From Octopus sinensis (taxonomy: Eukaryota): DNA of 64,000 nucleotides. The translations under genes and the position numbers were made by a program. Where the stretch lies: positions 105,400,001 through 105,464,000 of the forward strand of contig NC_042998.1 in NCBI RefSeq assembly GCF_006345805.1, written 5' to 3'. Of the stretch, positions 23,030 to 36,227 are shown piece after piece (the stretch's first letter is position 1; each line of letters begins with the position of its first letter). The notes under the pieces were generated by a model. That model was given only the letters and a program-made list of their open reading frames with translations. It was not told the DNA's origin and did not search any database.

Positions 23030-23900
23030 AAGAGAATAGAGAAAGAAAAGGGAATGATGATTGGGAAGGGTGAGTAGGTAAGTCGGCAAGGGGAGTGGCA
23101 AATGGTTAGAGATGAGGAAGAAGATAGTTCAGTGAGTGGGGAACATGGGTAGAGATATGGTAAATGGTGAATATCAGTTTGGTGGGGAAAAAATGAAATA
23201 GGAGTGGCACAGGGAGGAGGGAATGGTGAGTGAGGGTGTAGAACAGTGGCATAAGACTATAGAAGTAAGGAAATGATATGAAATGGGTGGGGAGAGAGGG
23301 ACATACAGTGATAGAGGTGGAGGTCAGCGGAACGTAGGGTTGGATATAGTGAGTGAAGAGAGTGGGAGCCATCAAATGTAGATATGAGAGTGTTTTCAAG
23401 GGAGAAAAGCATTCAGTAGAGATTAAGTAGTAAGGGTAGATATTGAGAATGAAGGTAGATGACAAAGGAAAATGGTCCCAAGGAGAGTGATAAGTGGTGG
23501 AAAAAATGGTAATGAAATATGTGCAGTTTTGCTGTCATTTAATTATATAAATAGTGTCATAGTTAGAAGCGCAATTGAGGGATGGATGTTCAGAACATTA
23601 ATTATGAGGAAGGCTTGACAGTGACAGATTGGGTGCAAGGACGTTGACATAAATGATATGCTTTTAGGGTCTATTTATTTACTGAAATGGACAGGTCTTC
23701 TCAAGCACAGGGAACCCCCAATCATCTGGATTATTTAAAATGCAGATGTTAACTAAGTGATATAGGGTGATGGGAGAATTATTGTCTGCAATAAGAGGTG
23801 ACAGAATGCTTTACTGAATATGGACAGATCCATTGCTTTTCCTTTTCACACTGGTGTCGGGGCCGAAAGGAGAGGAAAGAAGAAATAGAGTTGTGGGATA
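23030..23900 (-). mobile_element. Possible degraded LINE segment (endonuclease region?)
   Basis: Purine-rich plus strand without microsatellite; fragmentary minus-strand peptides (FILNIYP..); clade not resolved. Confidence 0.25.
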
Positions 23901-24124
23901 TGGATAACGAGAGAGTTGTAGGGTAATAATGATAATAGATGACAATGAAAGGCTGTAAGTGCAGACAAATCAGATGCTATCTTTTATTACATAGGTGGGC
24001 ATGACACAATGAAGAAGACAGAAGCTAATGAATAAGTCAGTAAATAGAGATGTAAAAAAAATGTACATTGGGTAAAGAAACCCAGTAATATATATTATAA
24101 ACTTCATTGCCCTCACCCTTACAT

Positions 24125-24340
24125 TGGTTTCAAATTTTGGCTCAAGGTCAACAACTTTGGGGGAGGGAGTAAGCCGATTAGCTGTACCCCAGTGTTTAAC
24201 TGGTTCTTATTTTACCAACCCTGAAAAATGAAAGATAAAGTCAACCTCAGCAGAATCTGAACTCAAGATGTAATGATGGATGAAATGCTGCTAAGCATTT
24301 TACCTGGCATGCTTACTGTTCTGCCAGCTTGCCGCCTTGC
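24125..24340 (-). mobile_element. SINE family M
   Basis: aaggcggcaagctggcagaacagtaagc head; gagttcagattctgctgaggttgacttt. Confidence 0.8.
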
Positions 24341-24669
24341 TGTCTTACCCTCACCATTATTATTAACAACTGTTTTGCTATATTTGCACTGGTGGACATC
24401 TCTTCTCTAGTATTGCACTTCATTATTCCTCGTGGTTCTTTTAACCACCACTTTAAGGTCCCGCTTCTTTCCCAGTCTCCTTGTTCCACAGGTTCCATAC
24501 ACCTCAAAATCACAGCATTTTTGTACAATTGATATCATTTGTATGTATAGTGTCCCCACACTAGTGGAGTTTTCTCCCTTAAATACCACACCATAGCTGA
24601 TTCTTCTTATCTTCAGCTTTTTCTTCCAGCTCATTTGTCTTTTGATGTTTATTCACATTATCATTTTCC

Positions 24670-25290
24670 ATCCATGGGCTGTGACTGCTGAAGACATGGG
24701 ATGAGGTGGTAACACATGAACTTTGAATGTTGGGTTTCACAGATGCAATGACAAAAGACCGAGACCTCTGGAGGTATGCTGTGACTGAAAAGACCCAGCA
24801 AATAAAGTGAGTTCACAGCTGTAACCTACACCAGGGTCGCATAACCTGCCTACTCAAAAGTACCTTGGATCGTAGGGTGACATGCCATGCTTGAATATGC
24901 CTATTGAGTCAAGTACATCAACATCAGCAATATCAAAATCAAATCAAATGGAATTTGTAGTTGTGAGCCCCATGCCAGTAGCATGTAAAAAGCACCATCC
25001 AAATGTGGCCAAAGCCAGTGCCACTTTGACTGGCTTCCATGCCGGTGGCACGTAAAAAGCACCATCCGATTGTGGTCGATGCCAGCTCCTCTGGACCCTG
25101 TGCTGGTGGCACGTAAAAAGCACCCATGACATTCTCAGAGTGGTTGGTGATAGGAAGGGCATGCAGCTGTAAAAACACTGCTAGATCAGATTGAGGCCTG
25201 GTGCTGCCTCCTAGCTTCCTAGACCCCAGTCAAACCGTCCAACCCATGCCAGCATGGAAAACGGACGTTAAAAGATGATGATGCTGATGA
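24670..25290 (+). mobile_element. RTE LINE 3' fragment with internal deletion
   Basis: WAVTAED fused directly to WDEVV.H; 3' UTR subrepeats; (GAT)n tail. Confidence 0.85.
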
Positions 25291-25944
25291 TGATGATCCA
25301 GTGAAGCATGATTATCTACTTTCTATCCAGCCACCGTAAATCATCTGCATTTAGATGCTACAACATTTACATATACATTTTTTTGGTCTTACTTTTTAGG
25401 GCTTAATATCATAACGTCTGCCCTTCAGTCAGAGAGAGAGAGAGAAGCCCCTTTATGCTTGGTGTAATAATTAGCTCCTTAAATATCTTTACCCAATCAT
25501 CTCCATATATACCTGCAATATAGCCACCTGCACTCCTAATTAGGCCACCTGGGTAATAGAAGTTGCTCAATTTATCTACTGATCTTTTAAGGATTTAGGA
25601 AAATTTATTTTGCATATTAGTCAGGTGCATAAGACTTATACAAAGTCTACCTCCTCTGTTAGCTTAATTGTAATATCACTATGGCTGTTGCGCATCTCTA
25701 GTTTACACTGAGTAGACTATATAGAATGTCTCCTTGCATGTTTTATGCATGTCCAATACAGCCATTTCCCTGATGAGAGAGCATCATCTTTCAACTTACT
25801 AAAACTTTGATCTTTCACATAAACATACACACACATGCACACACGCACACACACATACACACACACACACATACAAGCACACACACACACACGCTCACAC
25901 ATGCTCACACATGCACCATAGTCACACACACCACATACATACAC

Positions 25945-26312
25945 ATATATATTGTGGTACTTTAGGCAAGTGTCTTCTACTGTAACTGCATGCCAACTAA
26001 AACCCTGTGAGTGAATTCGGTAAACAGAGACTGTTTGGAAGCCCATCGTACATATGAGAGTGGGAAGGGTATATGGTATGTGTATGTATGTGTTAGAGTG
26101 TTCATGTGTGAGTCTGTGTTTGTGCTTGTCTCTCCAAACACTTGAAAACAAGTGCTAGTTTGTTTTCATCTCTGTGACTTAGCTGTTCAACAAAAGTGAT
26201 CGATAGAATAAGTACTAGACTTAAAATAAGTACCAAGGTCAATTTGTTTGACTAAATATTTCAAAGCACTTCCTTACAATTGCAGCAGTCCAGTGACTGA
26301 AGCAGGTAAAAG
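25945..26312 (+). mobile_element. SINE family C (diverged)
   Basis: ggcaagtgtcttctact..gatagaataagtactagac..gactgaagcaggtaaaaga. Confidence 0.75.
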
Positions 26313-26389
26313 ATTTATATATACACTCATACACATAAACATACATGTGTGTATTTATATATACATATATACATATATATATGACCTTC

Positions 26390-27012
26390 GTACTTTGAGC
26401 CTCACAGAGGCTATGACAAAAGGCCAAGACCTCTGGAGATATGCTGTGACTTCGAAGACCTGACAAATGATGTGAGTTCATGGCTTGCAGGACGGCCGTC
26501 TGTGCTAACCTTGGATCGTAGAGTGACTCACTGTTCTTGAGGATTCGAAGACCCGACAAATGAAGTGAGTTCATGCTCACAGGACGGCCTGCTGTGCTAA
26601 CATTGGATTGTAGAGTGACCCGCTATTCTTGAGGAGACCTGTTGAGTCAAGTTCGTCAACATCAAAATAAAAATTCAAATGGAAATTGTAGTTAAGACAC
26701 CCATGCTGGTGACACGTAAAAAGCACCGTCCGAATGTGGCAGATACTAGCGTCGCCTGACTGGCGTCCGTGTCGGTGACACATAAACGCACCAACCAATC
26801 GTGGCTGTTTGCCAGCCTGCTCTGGCTCCTGTGCCGGTGGCACGTAAAACACACCCACTACACTCATGGAGTGGTTAGCGTTACGAAGGGCATCCAGCTG
26901 CAGAACACTGCCAAATCAGACTAGAGCCTGGTGTAGCCTCCATGGCTTACCAGACCCCGGTCGAACCATCGAACCCATGCTAGCATGGAAAACGAACGTT
27001 AAATGATGATGA
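26390..27012 (+). mobile_element. RTE LINE 3' fragment with duplicated stop-proximal segment
   Basis: LSLTEAMTKGQDLWRYAV then two ~95-bp copies, subrepeats and a (GAT)n tail. Confidence 0.85.
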
Positions 27013-27027
27013 TAATGATATATATAC

Positions 27028-27078
<51 letters not shown>

Positions 27079-27109
27079 CAGGAAGACTTACTTGCCTTAG
27101 AATTAATTC

Positions 27110-27402
27110 TGGTGTCTTTGTCACATAAAAAGAACTGCTATTGGTGCCATGTAAAATGCACCCTGTGCACTCAGTGGAGTGGTTGGCATTAAGAAGGGCA
27201 TTGAGCCATACCAAACATGCCAGAGCAGACAATGGAGCCTGGTGTGGAACCTAGCCTTACCAGCTCCATGTCAAAATGTCCCACCCATGTCAAGGAGGAA
27301 AACGGACGTTAAGTGATGATGATGATGACGACGACGACGACAACGATGGTGATGACGATGGTAATGATGATGGTGGTGGTGGTGGTGAGGAGGAGGAGGA
27401 GG
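27110..27402 (+). mobile_element. RTE-type 3' tail with compound (GAT)(GAC)(GGT)(GAG) extension
   Basis: ggagtggttggcattaagaagggc...gaaaacggacgttaagtgatgatg. Confidence 0.7.
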
Positions 27403-27990
27403 ACAGTACATACCTAATCATGAATATAAATGTAAGCTAAAATGAAACAGGAGTACAACACCCAGTGAGCCAAATCCTGCCAAAGATATATCATCGTTCC
27501 TTGCTACATCAAGTTTCATTCCTTTCATACAATACAATCAAAGCCCCCAGGAATTGTTTATTCATGACAAATTTCATTAGCATTTATTTTTAATTGAAAT
27601 GTACTGACACTTAATTAGGGGATGGTAAATGGTCAAGCCCTTAATTACATCTGTCATGTAAATGCATAGAATGAATAAATATTAATACCTTAACTTCATG
27701 ATAATAATGCTAGATATGAAGTCTGCCAGTGTCGTTAGTACAGCAGTGTAGATGTCATTTCAGACAAGTCAGCAACGTTTGTCTCTTTTTATCATTATGT
27801 ATGTATTAACATGTCATGTGAACATACACACAAGCACATATACACACTTATGTACTTGCATATATTATTATATGCAATTTTGTGTTTGCGTGTGTATTTG
27901 TATGCATGTATCGATGCATGTGCATTTGTAGATATATGTATGCAACATTCCATCGAAGTTTTTGAGTGAATGAATATATTGGCTGAAATA

Positions 27991-29244
27991 TGTTGGATCA
28001 TCCCATAAATAATGCGGTTTTTTTCAATTGCATGAATTAAAAGCCGGATGGGATAGATCATCTACATCAATTTGCTATAAAAGCAGGTAGTAATTTTATC
28101 TTGTGCCTTGAAGAGTGTAGTTCAATTTTAACAGTTATTTTTTCAAGGATATAATGGAAGCGACAAAGGAACATTTTCAGCATATTTTGCTTTATGAGTT
28201 CAATAAAGGCCACAATGCAATGTAAAGTGTGAGGAATATTAATGCAGTATATGGGGATTGGACAATAAGCATAAGCCAGTGTCAAAGGTGGTTCCAGAAA
28301 TTCCAAGCTGGAAACTACAGTCTAGAAGACAAGTCTCATCCTGGAAGATTTGTAGAATTCAACGAGGATTCCTTGGTGGAACAAAATCCTATCATAATTG
28401 TTGAGGAGCTAGCAGAGAAGACTGGATTTGATCATTCAACCATTCATCCACACCTGCATGCCATCAGAAAAGTCAGCAAATTGGGTCAATGATTTCTTGC
28501 AAAATTTCCAAGTCTAATTGCCCACAAAGAGTGAACTGTGCTCTTCTTTGTTGTCACATCTCATGAATGAATCTTTTTTTGACTGAATAGTGACTGGTGA
28601 CAAGAAATGGCTTCTCTATAAACATGTCAAGCACAGAAGACAGCGGGTAAAGAAAAGAGAAACATCGGCACCCTAGGCTAAAGGTCTTCACCCACATAAG
28701 GTGTTGTTATCTGTTTGGTGAGATATAAAAGGTTTAGTCCACTTTGAATATTTAAACCCAAACTAAATGATAACAAAAGAGATCTACTGTGAGCAGCTTC
28801 AGCAGCTTACGTCAGAATTAGAAGAAAAGCAACCATCTTTGGTTTCGAGATGAAAGGTGTTCGTCCATCAGGGTAATGCTCAGCCACATACAGCAAAGAT
28901 GACATTCCAAAAGCTGGAGCAGCTTGAATGGGAAGCGATGCCCCGCCCACCATATTCGCCAGACATTGCCCCATCTGATTATCATTTATTCTGCAGTTTT
29001 CAAAATCATTTGGATGGAAAAAATATGAATTCTGTAGATGAGGTCAGAACACTACTGGAGGAGTATTTTTCAGCACATACAAGTGAATTTTGGAAGATGG
29101 GCTGTGCAAGTCTACTAGATAGATGGAAGAGCATTGCAGAAAATAAAGAAGAGTATATTTCAAATTACAAAAGAACTTTGTTTATCTTAATTTTGAAAAA
29201 TAAAAGAAGTATAAAAAAAACATTATTTATGGGCTGATCCAATA
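27991..29244 (+). mobile_element. Full-length mariner transposon (~1.25 kb), transposase pseudogene
   Basis: TIRs tgttggatcatcccataaataatg / cattatttatgggctgatccaata with TA on both sides; MEATKEHF..WFQKF..IVTGDKKW..HQGNAQPH..PPYSPDIAPSDYHLF with several stops. Confidence 0.93.
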
Positions 29245-29355
29245 TATAGATGCATAAATATGTATGCATATATATACGTGTGTATCTATATATAAACATA
29301 CACATACACTCATATATTCTATAGAATTCTATCTAGTTAGCTAGCAATCAATATT

Positions 29356-29416
<61 letters not shown>

Positions 29417-29649
29417 TATATATTTGTATGTGTGCGAATGCATGCATGAGTGTTGGGTTTGTGTGTGTGTGTGTGTGCGTGTGTGTGTGTGTGTCTTGTA
29501 TGTGTTTGTGCGAGTGAGATCCCATCTCCATCTTATAAATAATATATAAATATATGCATATATACATACATATATGTATATACCTACATATATATGTATA
29601 TATACATGCATATATGGGTACAGGACATCAAAAAAACATTGAACACAAT

Positions 29650-30021
29650 CATCATCATCATCATTTAGCGTCCGTTTTCCACGCTAGCATGGGTTGGACG
29701 GTTCAACTGGGGTCTGTGAAGCCAGAAGGCTGCATCAGGCCCAGTCTGATCTGGCAGTGTTTCTACGGCTGGATGCCCTTCCTAATGCCAACCACTCTGC
29801 AAGTGTAGTGGGTGCTTTTTACGTGCCACCTGCACAGGTGCCAGACGGTGCTGGCAAACGGCCACGAACGGATGGTGCTTTTACGTGCCACTGGCACAGG
29901 GGCCAGGCGAGGCTGGCAACAGCCACGAACGGATAGTGCTTTTTACGTGCCACCGGCATGGGGGCCAGGCAAGGCTGACAACGGCCACGAATGGATGGTG
30001 CTTTTACGTGCCACCGGCACA
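29650..30021 (-). mobile_element. RTE 3' UTR copy with several subrepeats
   Basis: (GAT)n tail; repeated gtgccaccggcac..ggctggcaac..ggccacgaacggatggtgctttttac. Confidence 0.88.
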
Positions 30022-30300
30022 ATGAGAAACGAAAACATAAAAACAAAAACATTGAAACAAACTTTTTTAGGAACAACGAAAAAAACAGAGAAACAAGACA
30101 TACAATGTAAAGAATATTCCCCTTCATCAGTTTTCCCTGTTTCAACTACTCCACGTTTCGAAGGCAAAGACAAGACATGACTTCATTGAAACTGTCCTTC
30201 CCACAAAGCAAATTAAATAAAATTTGGGATTTTTTAAGAAGGGTGAAAGTGGTAACAAGAACAGGACAGTGAGAACAAAACAGTAAAAACAAACGATGAA
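30022..30300 (-). mobile_element. Dispersed copy of the 54.4-55.7 kb repeat family
   Basis: Minus strand shares tcctgttcttg..attttatttaatt..ggaaggac..ccttcgaaac..ctgatgaaggggaatattc. Confidence 0.75.
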
Positions 30301-30389
30301 GGCTGTTAAGCCAAGACAATAGAAAAATTATTCTGAACGTTTAAGGAGACGAGCTTATGAAGAGACAGTAAAAGCCTGTTTAGTCATAT

Positions 30390-30421
<32 letters not shown>

Positions 30422-30527
30422 TTAGCGTCCGTTTTCCATGCTAGCATGGGTTGGACGGTTTAACTGGGGTCTGTGAACCCGGAAGGCTTCATCAGGCCCA
30501 GTCAGATTTGGCAGTGTTTCTACGGCT
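30390..30527 (-). mobile_element. Very short RTE 3' tail
   Basis: (GAT)n plus about 105 bp matching 50370-50475. Confidence 0.85.
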
Positions 30528-30757
30528 ATATATATCTTCATATTTTTGTGTACTATATATCTTCATATTTTTGGGTAGTGTCCTCAGATGCTTTTCCATA
30601 GGATCATATCAAGACCAACCATCGTTATACTTTCCAGCTTGGCTCTCAAGTATGACCAACTGAGACTATGGATATTATCCAATCATCACTTCTTGATTTA
30701 CTCCTAGGTCTTTGCTGGTTGGATTGGATTGAACAATCCATCAGGTGATTCTCTCTC

Positions 30758-30790
<33 letters not shown>

Positions 30791-30835
30791 ATACATGTGT
30801 GTGTGTGTGTGTGTGTGTGAGTGTATGTGTATATA

Positions 30836-30869
<34 letters not shown>

Positions 30870-30894
30870 TGTGTGTGTGTGTATGTATGTATGT

Positions 30895-31690
30895 ATCATC
30901 CTCATCGTTTAATGTCCGGTTTTCATGCTGGCATGGGTTGGATGATTTGACTGGGGTTTGGCAAGCTAAGAGATCATGCCAGGCTCCAATCTGATCTGGC
31001 AATGTTTCTACAGCTGGATGCCCTTCCTAATGCCAACCACTCCGAGAGTGTAGTGGGTGCTTTTTATGTGCCTCCAGCAGGCAGCACTGGCATCGGCCAT
31101 GTTTGGATGGTGCTTTTTAGATTCCACCAGCATGGGGAGCTAGTCAGGCGGCACTGACAATGATCCATGCATGAATGGTACACTGGCATTGGCCACAACT
31201 ACAATTTCCATTTGATTGTGATTTGATTTTTGATTTTGATTTTAATTTTGATTTTACATGACTCATTAGGTCTCCTCAAGCACGGTGTGTCACCCAATAA
31301 TTCAAAGGTACTTTTTAAATGGGCTGGTTATACCACACTTGTATAGGCTATGGCAATGAAGTCACTTTACTTGCCGGGTCTTATCAATCACAGCATATCT
31401 CCAGAGTTCTCAGTCTTTTGCTATTGCTTCTGTGAGGCCGAACGTTCGATGTCTTCCTGGATCTCCCCCTTCCATGGGTTCCTTCCACTGTTAGGAGTGA
31501 CACTTCTTCACACAGATCTCCTCATCCATATGCAGCACATGACCATGCTAGTGCAGTCATCTCTCTTGCACACCATATCTGATGTTTCTTATGTCCAACA
31601 TTTCTCTCAGGGTGCTTACACTCACTCATGTGTGCACACTGACATTACACATCCAGCTTATCATACTAGCTTCGTTTCTTTCAAGCCTAC
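30895..31690 (-). mobile_element. RTE LINE 3' fragment (diverged subfamily)
   Basis: Tail, subrepeats and RT C-terminus (MCNVSVH..RLH*HGHVLHMDE). Confidence 0.82.
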
Positions 31691-32039
31691 GTATACATAT
31701 ATATTATATATATATATGTATATTTATATACATATGTATATTACACTAGGCTTTGACATGTAAACAGATGTCAAAACTTCATTATTTCAAATTTTTTCTT
31801 TATCTTTCACCTGTCATATTTTTATTTCTTCTCTTTGATAAAGGTTATCACTCAATACTTTATATTCTCTCATGTTTCTTCCACGGGTGTACATATTTTC
31901 ATGGAACACTTCATCCAATATTGCTCTTTTACTTTATAGGTCAACGCTTTCCACTTGCACATTTCACTTGTCAAACTCTCTATATTATTAGTTTGATTCC
32001 TGCTTCTCTGATATTCTTACTAATTTTATTTGTGTGATT

Positions 32040-32103
<64 letters not shown>

Positions 32104-32330
32104 CATACATACACACACACACACATATATATATATATATTATATACATATATATATATATATAATATATATATATATAAGGATAATCTGGAAACTTGAC
32201 TGAAGAGAGAAGGCCATGAATGACCTGTCCTTGTTTCCTCTCCATCTTTTTGTTGTATTTCCTTTCCATCTTGGCATTGTCTGTTCGGATGTTTTATTGT
32301 AGTCTGTTGCATTCTTGTTCCAGTTTTGGG

Positions 32331-32378
<48 letters not shown>

Positions 32379-33173
32379 AAATATTTAGTTAAATATATTC
32401 AATGAGAATATTATATACTGAATTTATATTGAGTGCTCTATTGTATCAAAGTATTAATACTATTAAAGTATTTATATATTTAATATGAGCAATTATATAT
32501 ATATATATATTATAATATATTATTATTAATATCAGGAAATCAATATTAGAAAATTCTTCAGAAAGGTATATACGTATGTAAAATAATTGTTGTATTAAAA
32601 ATATAAATATATATAAAAATATATGTAAATATGTATAAGTATAAATATATAATGTATATGACAGTTTAAAAGTTTTGAATTAAGTTTTTAGAGCATCTTA
32701 CAATCGTTTCACAGAAGTGCTGTCCCTATAATGGAATCCTATGTTGATAAGCATTTATAGACAACTCTTCTGCACTTCAGAGATATAAAATTTGAATTTT
32801 GTATAATATATTGAATGGTATTTTTTTTTAATTTGAAGTATAAAATGGTGTTTGTTTGAAATATAAATTAAAAATTACTGCTATTGATTTTGGTAAGTAC
32901 ACTTTAGTATGACAGTCTTTAAATCTATATATATATATACTTCCTAGGTTAGTCTTCTGTAATAATCCATAATATTTATGTGCAGAATCCTTTATATTGT
33001 CTTGTATTCCAAATATCGTTCATAGACTTAGATGATATAGAATAATGGAATCCTATATTGATAAGCATTTATAGATAACTCTTCTTCTCTTCAGTTATAT
33101 CAAATAAGAAATTTTACGAATGATAGTTTTTAAAAAAAATTATGAAACATGCAAAGGTACACTTATGTATAAA

Positions 33174-34996
33174 CACCTAGAACTACACTAATACCTTAGG
33201 AGTGAAATTTAGGATTTCTCAGTTTTCTGAGATTTTGTTAAAACTTTTCCCAGCTGATTTGTGCACAATGGCAACACCATTGTCATGTTTTGATTATTCT
33301 GTGTAACGTCCTTTCTTTTTTATTTCAGTTTCTTCCATTTTTGCGTGAACCACACTAATAGCATCTCTCCTTTCTAAGAACAATGGGACAGGGAAAAGGC
33401 CTTAACGATGAAGAAAAGTTTATCTTCATCAAGAAAAGTGCTAAAGGCACCTCTATTCATGTCATTGTGGAAAAGTTAGGTCATCATGTGGAGATGGGTA
33501 GACAATTCCAAGGAAGAAACGATCTGATTGTAGGACCTCCAAGACTGTGACAGCTAAGGATTTAAGGAATATTGGCTGCAGGTTACGTGAGAAACCTGGA
33601 CAAACAGGCAAAGCCATTTTCACTGCCTCCAGACTTCCTCGTGTACCGAAAACCACCAGAAATTGCATCCCCAGAACCATAGCTTCCATGAGAGAACCCC
33701 TGAAACTGCCTCCTTTAAAGCCCTGTCACAGGAGTTTGAGGCATCAATGGGCCCAAAAGTACATGATGTTAGACATGAGTTGTGTTCTGTTCAAGGATGA
33801 AACCAGGGCAATCCTTGACAAACCTGATGGTTGGGTATATTTTGGAGATGAGTGTCACTAATGTTTACAATGTAACAACTGGGTAGAGGAGTCATGTTGT
33901 GGGATGGTATCACTGGGGACAGACTTGTTAGCCCGGTCAGGGTGCCTGAAGGGGTTAAAGTGACCACAGCCATCAACTGCAATCTCGTGAAGGAGTCCTT
34001 GAATCCCTAACTAAATGACACTAAATGCTCTCTCCACTCTGCTAGGACCACCCAAACATTACTTGGGTTTTACGGCATACAAGGTGAAAGGTTGATAGTG
34101 TGGCCACCAGCATCTCCAGATCTCAGTCCTATTGAAAACCTTCGGTCCATTATTAAACAAGATGTTTATGCTGATGGACACCAATTTACATTGAAAGATG
34201 TCTTATGAGCAATCATCAAAGCTGCAGCAGAGGCTGTCCAACCTGCTACTGTTAAGAAATTGATAGATTCTATGACTAATAGGGTTTTTGAAGTTATCCA
34301 TCGAAATGGCACTCATGAGGATCAATAATTCATAATGTCAATAAATGTTATAATATTAAATATATGTTATAATATTATTTGTGGAGGCACAATAGCCCAG
34401 TGGTTAGGGCAGCGGACTCGTGGTCGGAGGCTCGTGGTTGTGATTCCCAGACCAGGCGTTGTGTGTGTTTATTGAGCAAAAACACCTAAAGCTCCATGAG
34501 GCTCCGGCAGGGAGTGGTGGCAACCCCTGTTGTACTCTTTTGCACCAACTTTCTCTCACTCTTTCTTCCTATTTCTTAAGTAATACTGCGATAGACTGGT
34601 GTCCTCTCCAGCTGGGGAGAACACATTTTCCACAGAAACCAGGAAACCGGGCCCATGCGCCTGGCTAGGCTTGAAAAGGGCGCATAAATAAAAAAAATAA
34701 TATTAAATAAATGTTAAATATATACTCAATGTATCCTTAATATGTATCATTAATCTTCATTTTCTGAAAAAATATGTCTAAATGGGCTATTTCCATTCAA
34801 AAACTATTAATGTGGTTCACCCCAAAACTGAAGAATCTGAAACAAAAAAGAAAGGACATTACACAGAATAATGAAAACATAACAATGGTGTTGCCATAGT
34901 GTGCAAACCAGCTAGGAAAAGTTTTATCAAAATCGATTCTCAGAAAACTGAGAAATCTTAAATTTTACTCCTAAGCTATTAGTGCGGTTCTAGGTG
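33174..34996 (+). mobile_element. Tc1-like transposon with ~190-bp TIRs (IR/DR type), pseudogenised
   Basis: TIRs 33174-33361 / 34802-34996 (cacctagaa... / ...ttctaggtg then TA); ATG at 33383; VLFKDETRAILDKPDGW and WPPASPDLSPIENL; cactaata repeated inside the TIR. Confidence 0.9.
34381..34698 (+). mobile_element. SINE family R inserted in the Tc1
   Basis: gtggaggcacaatagcccagtggttagggcag head, A-rich tail, possible ataatatta TSD. Confidence 0.85.
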
Positions 34997-35199
34997 TAAG
35001 TCAAAACATACAGATCAATTATAGGCAAGACGTTCATATATAAACTGATATGTGCAGATAGACATATACAAGCCTATGTGTACAAAAGACAAGGAAGTAA
35101 GGATCTGACGTCAATTCAAATAGCTTTTGAATGTTGCTTCATATCCATTCAACAACAGCTACTAATCACTAAACTTTGAAGTGCATCTATGGATCAAGT

Positions 35200-35635
35200 T
35201 TACAAACATGAGGCAGATAAAAATTATGAGAGATGAAGAGGAATTCCTCAGAAATTATTCCCAGACTGATGACCAGTGATACACATCCAGAGAAGTTACA
35301 AAACCCTGTTGTAGCAGATAACAAAAGGAAAAGATCCATACATGGCTATGCTGTCAGAAAGTTTCAAAGTGACTGTAACACTGATAACCAAATTATTCTG
35401 AACAAGTAACCAGTATACTAGCTTTCGTTTTGAAGGGTATGTTTTTGGCAATATTGGAACAAGAAATAAAATACCTGATGTTCAAAATGGATGGTGATGG
35501 TAGTAAAACATCAGATGCTAACATGGAGGTTATCATCCACATGCCAAGAATTTGCTGGAAACGTCATCACAGTATTATCTTCCTATGAACAATGATATTA
35601 TGGCTAAAACATTGTACAATGCAATCTGCAGAAGT
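35200..35635 (+). mobile_element. Degraded R4/Dong-like LINE fragment
   Basis: HGYAVRKF-like segment and ..NDIMAKTLYNAICR, in the expected order for the CCHC region. Confidence 0.45.
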
Positions 35636-36185
35636 TAAGTCTTAAGGATAAAATATAAGGTTACAGTGATGTAGAAGGCATTATCACTAATAAAGAGTAT
35701 GAATGCCAGTAGAATGTTCCAGCCAAGCCTCAATAAAATACAAGCATAAAAGTTCCGACAGGAATAGAGAAAAGTTTTGCACAGTGGACAGGGGTGGAGA
35801 TCAGTTGCCAAGCAGAGAGATGTTAACAAAATGGTAAAGATTAGTTCGTTAAAAAATACATCTATGCCAAACTAATGAGGAATTTGCAGTTACTCCAGTC
35901 AGGTAACAGCTTCAGATCCACACCTGTTATTATTGGACACAGGTGAGGACATGGTTCATTAGTAAATTACAGCCACAAGCCATTTATGACAATGTAAAAA
36001 TATATGAAGTATTCTAGAAGATAACCTGTAAGTGCATATGCATACATGCAGACACAAAAGCTATGCATACGCACACATACATAAGTCAAAACATAGGGAT
36101 CCACTCAAGCAATGATAACTGTGCTTGTGCACATACATATCTGTAAACATAAACATATTCACACAGACATATATGCAAACATACC

Positions 36186-36227
<42 letters not shown>

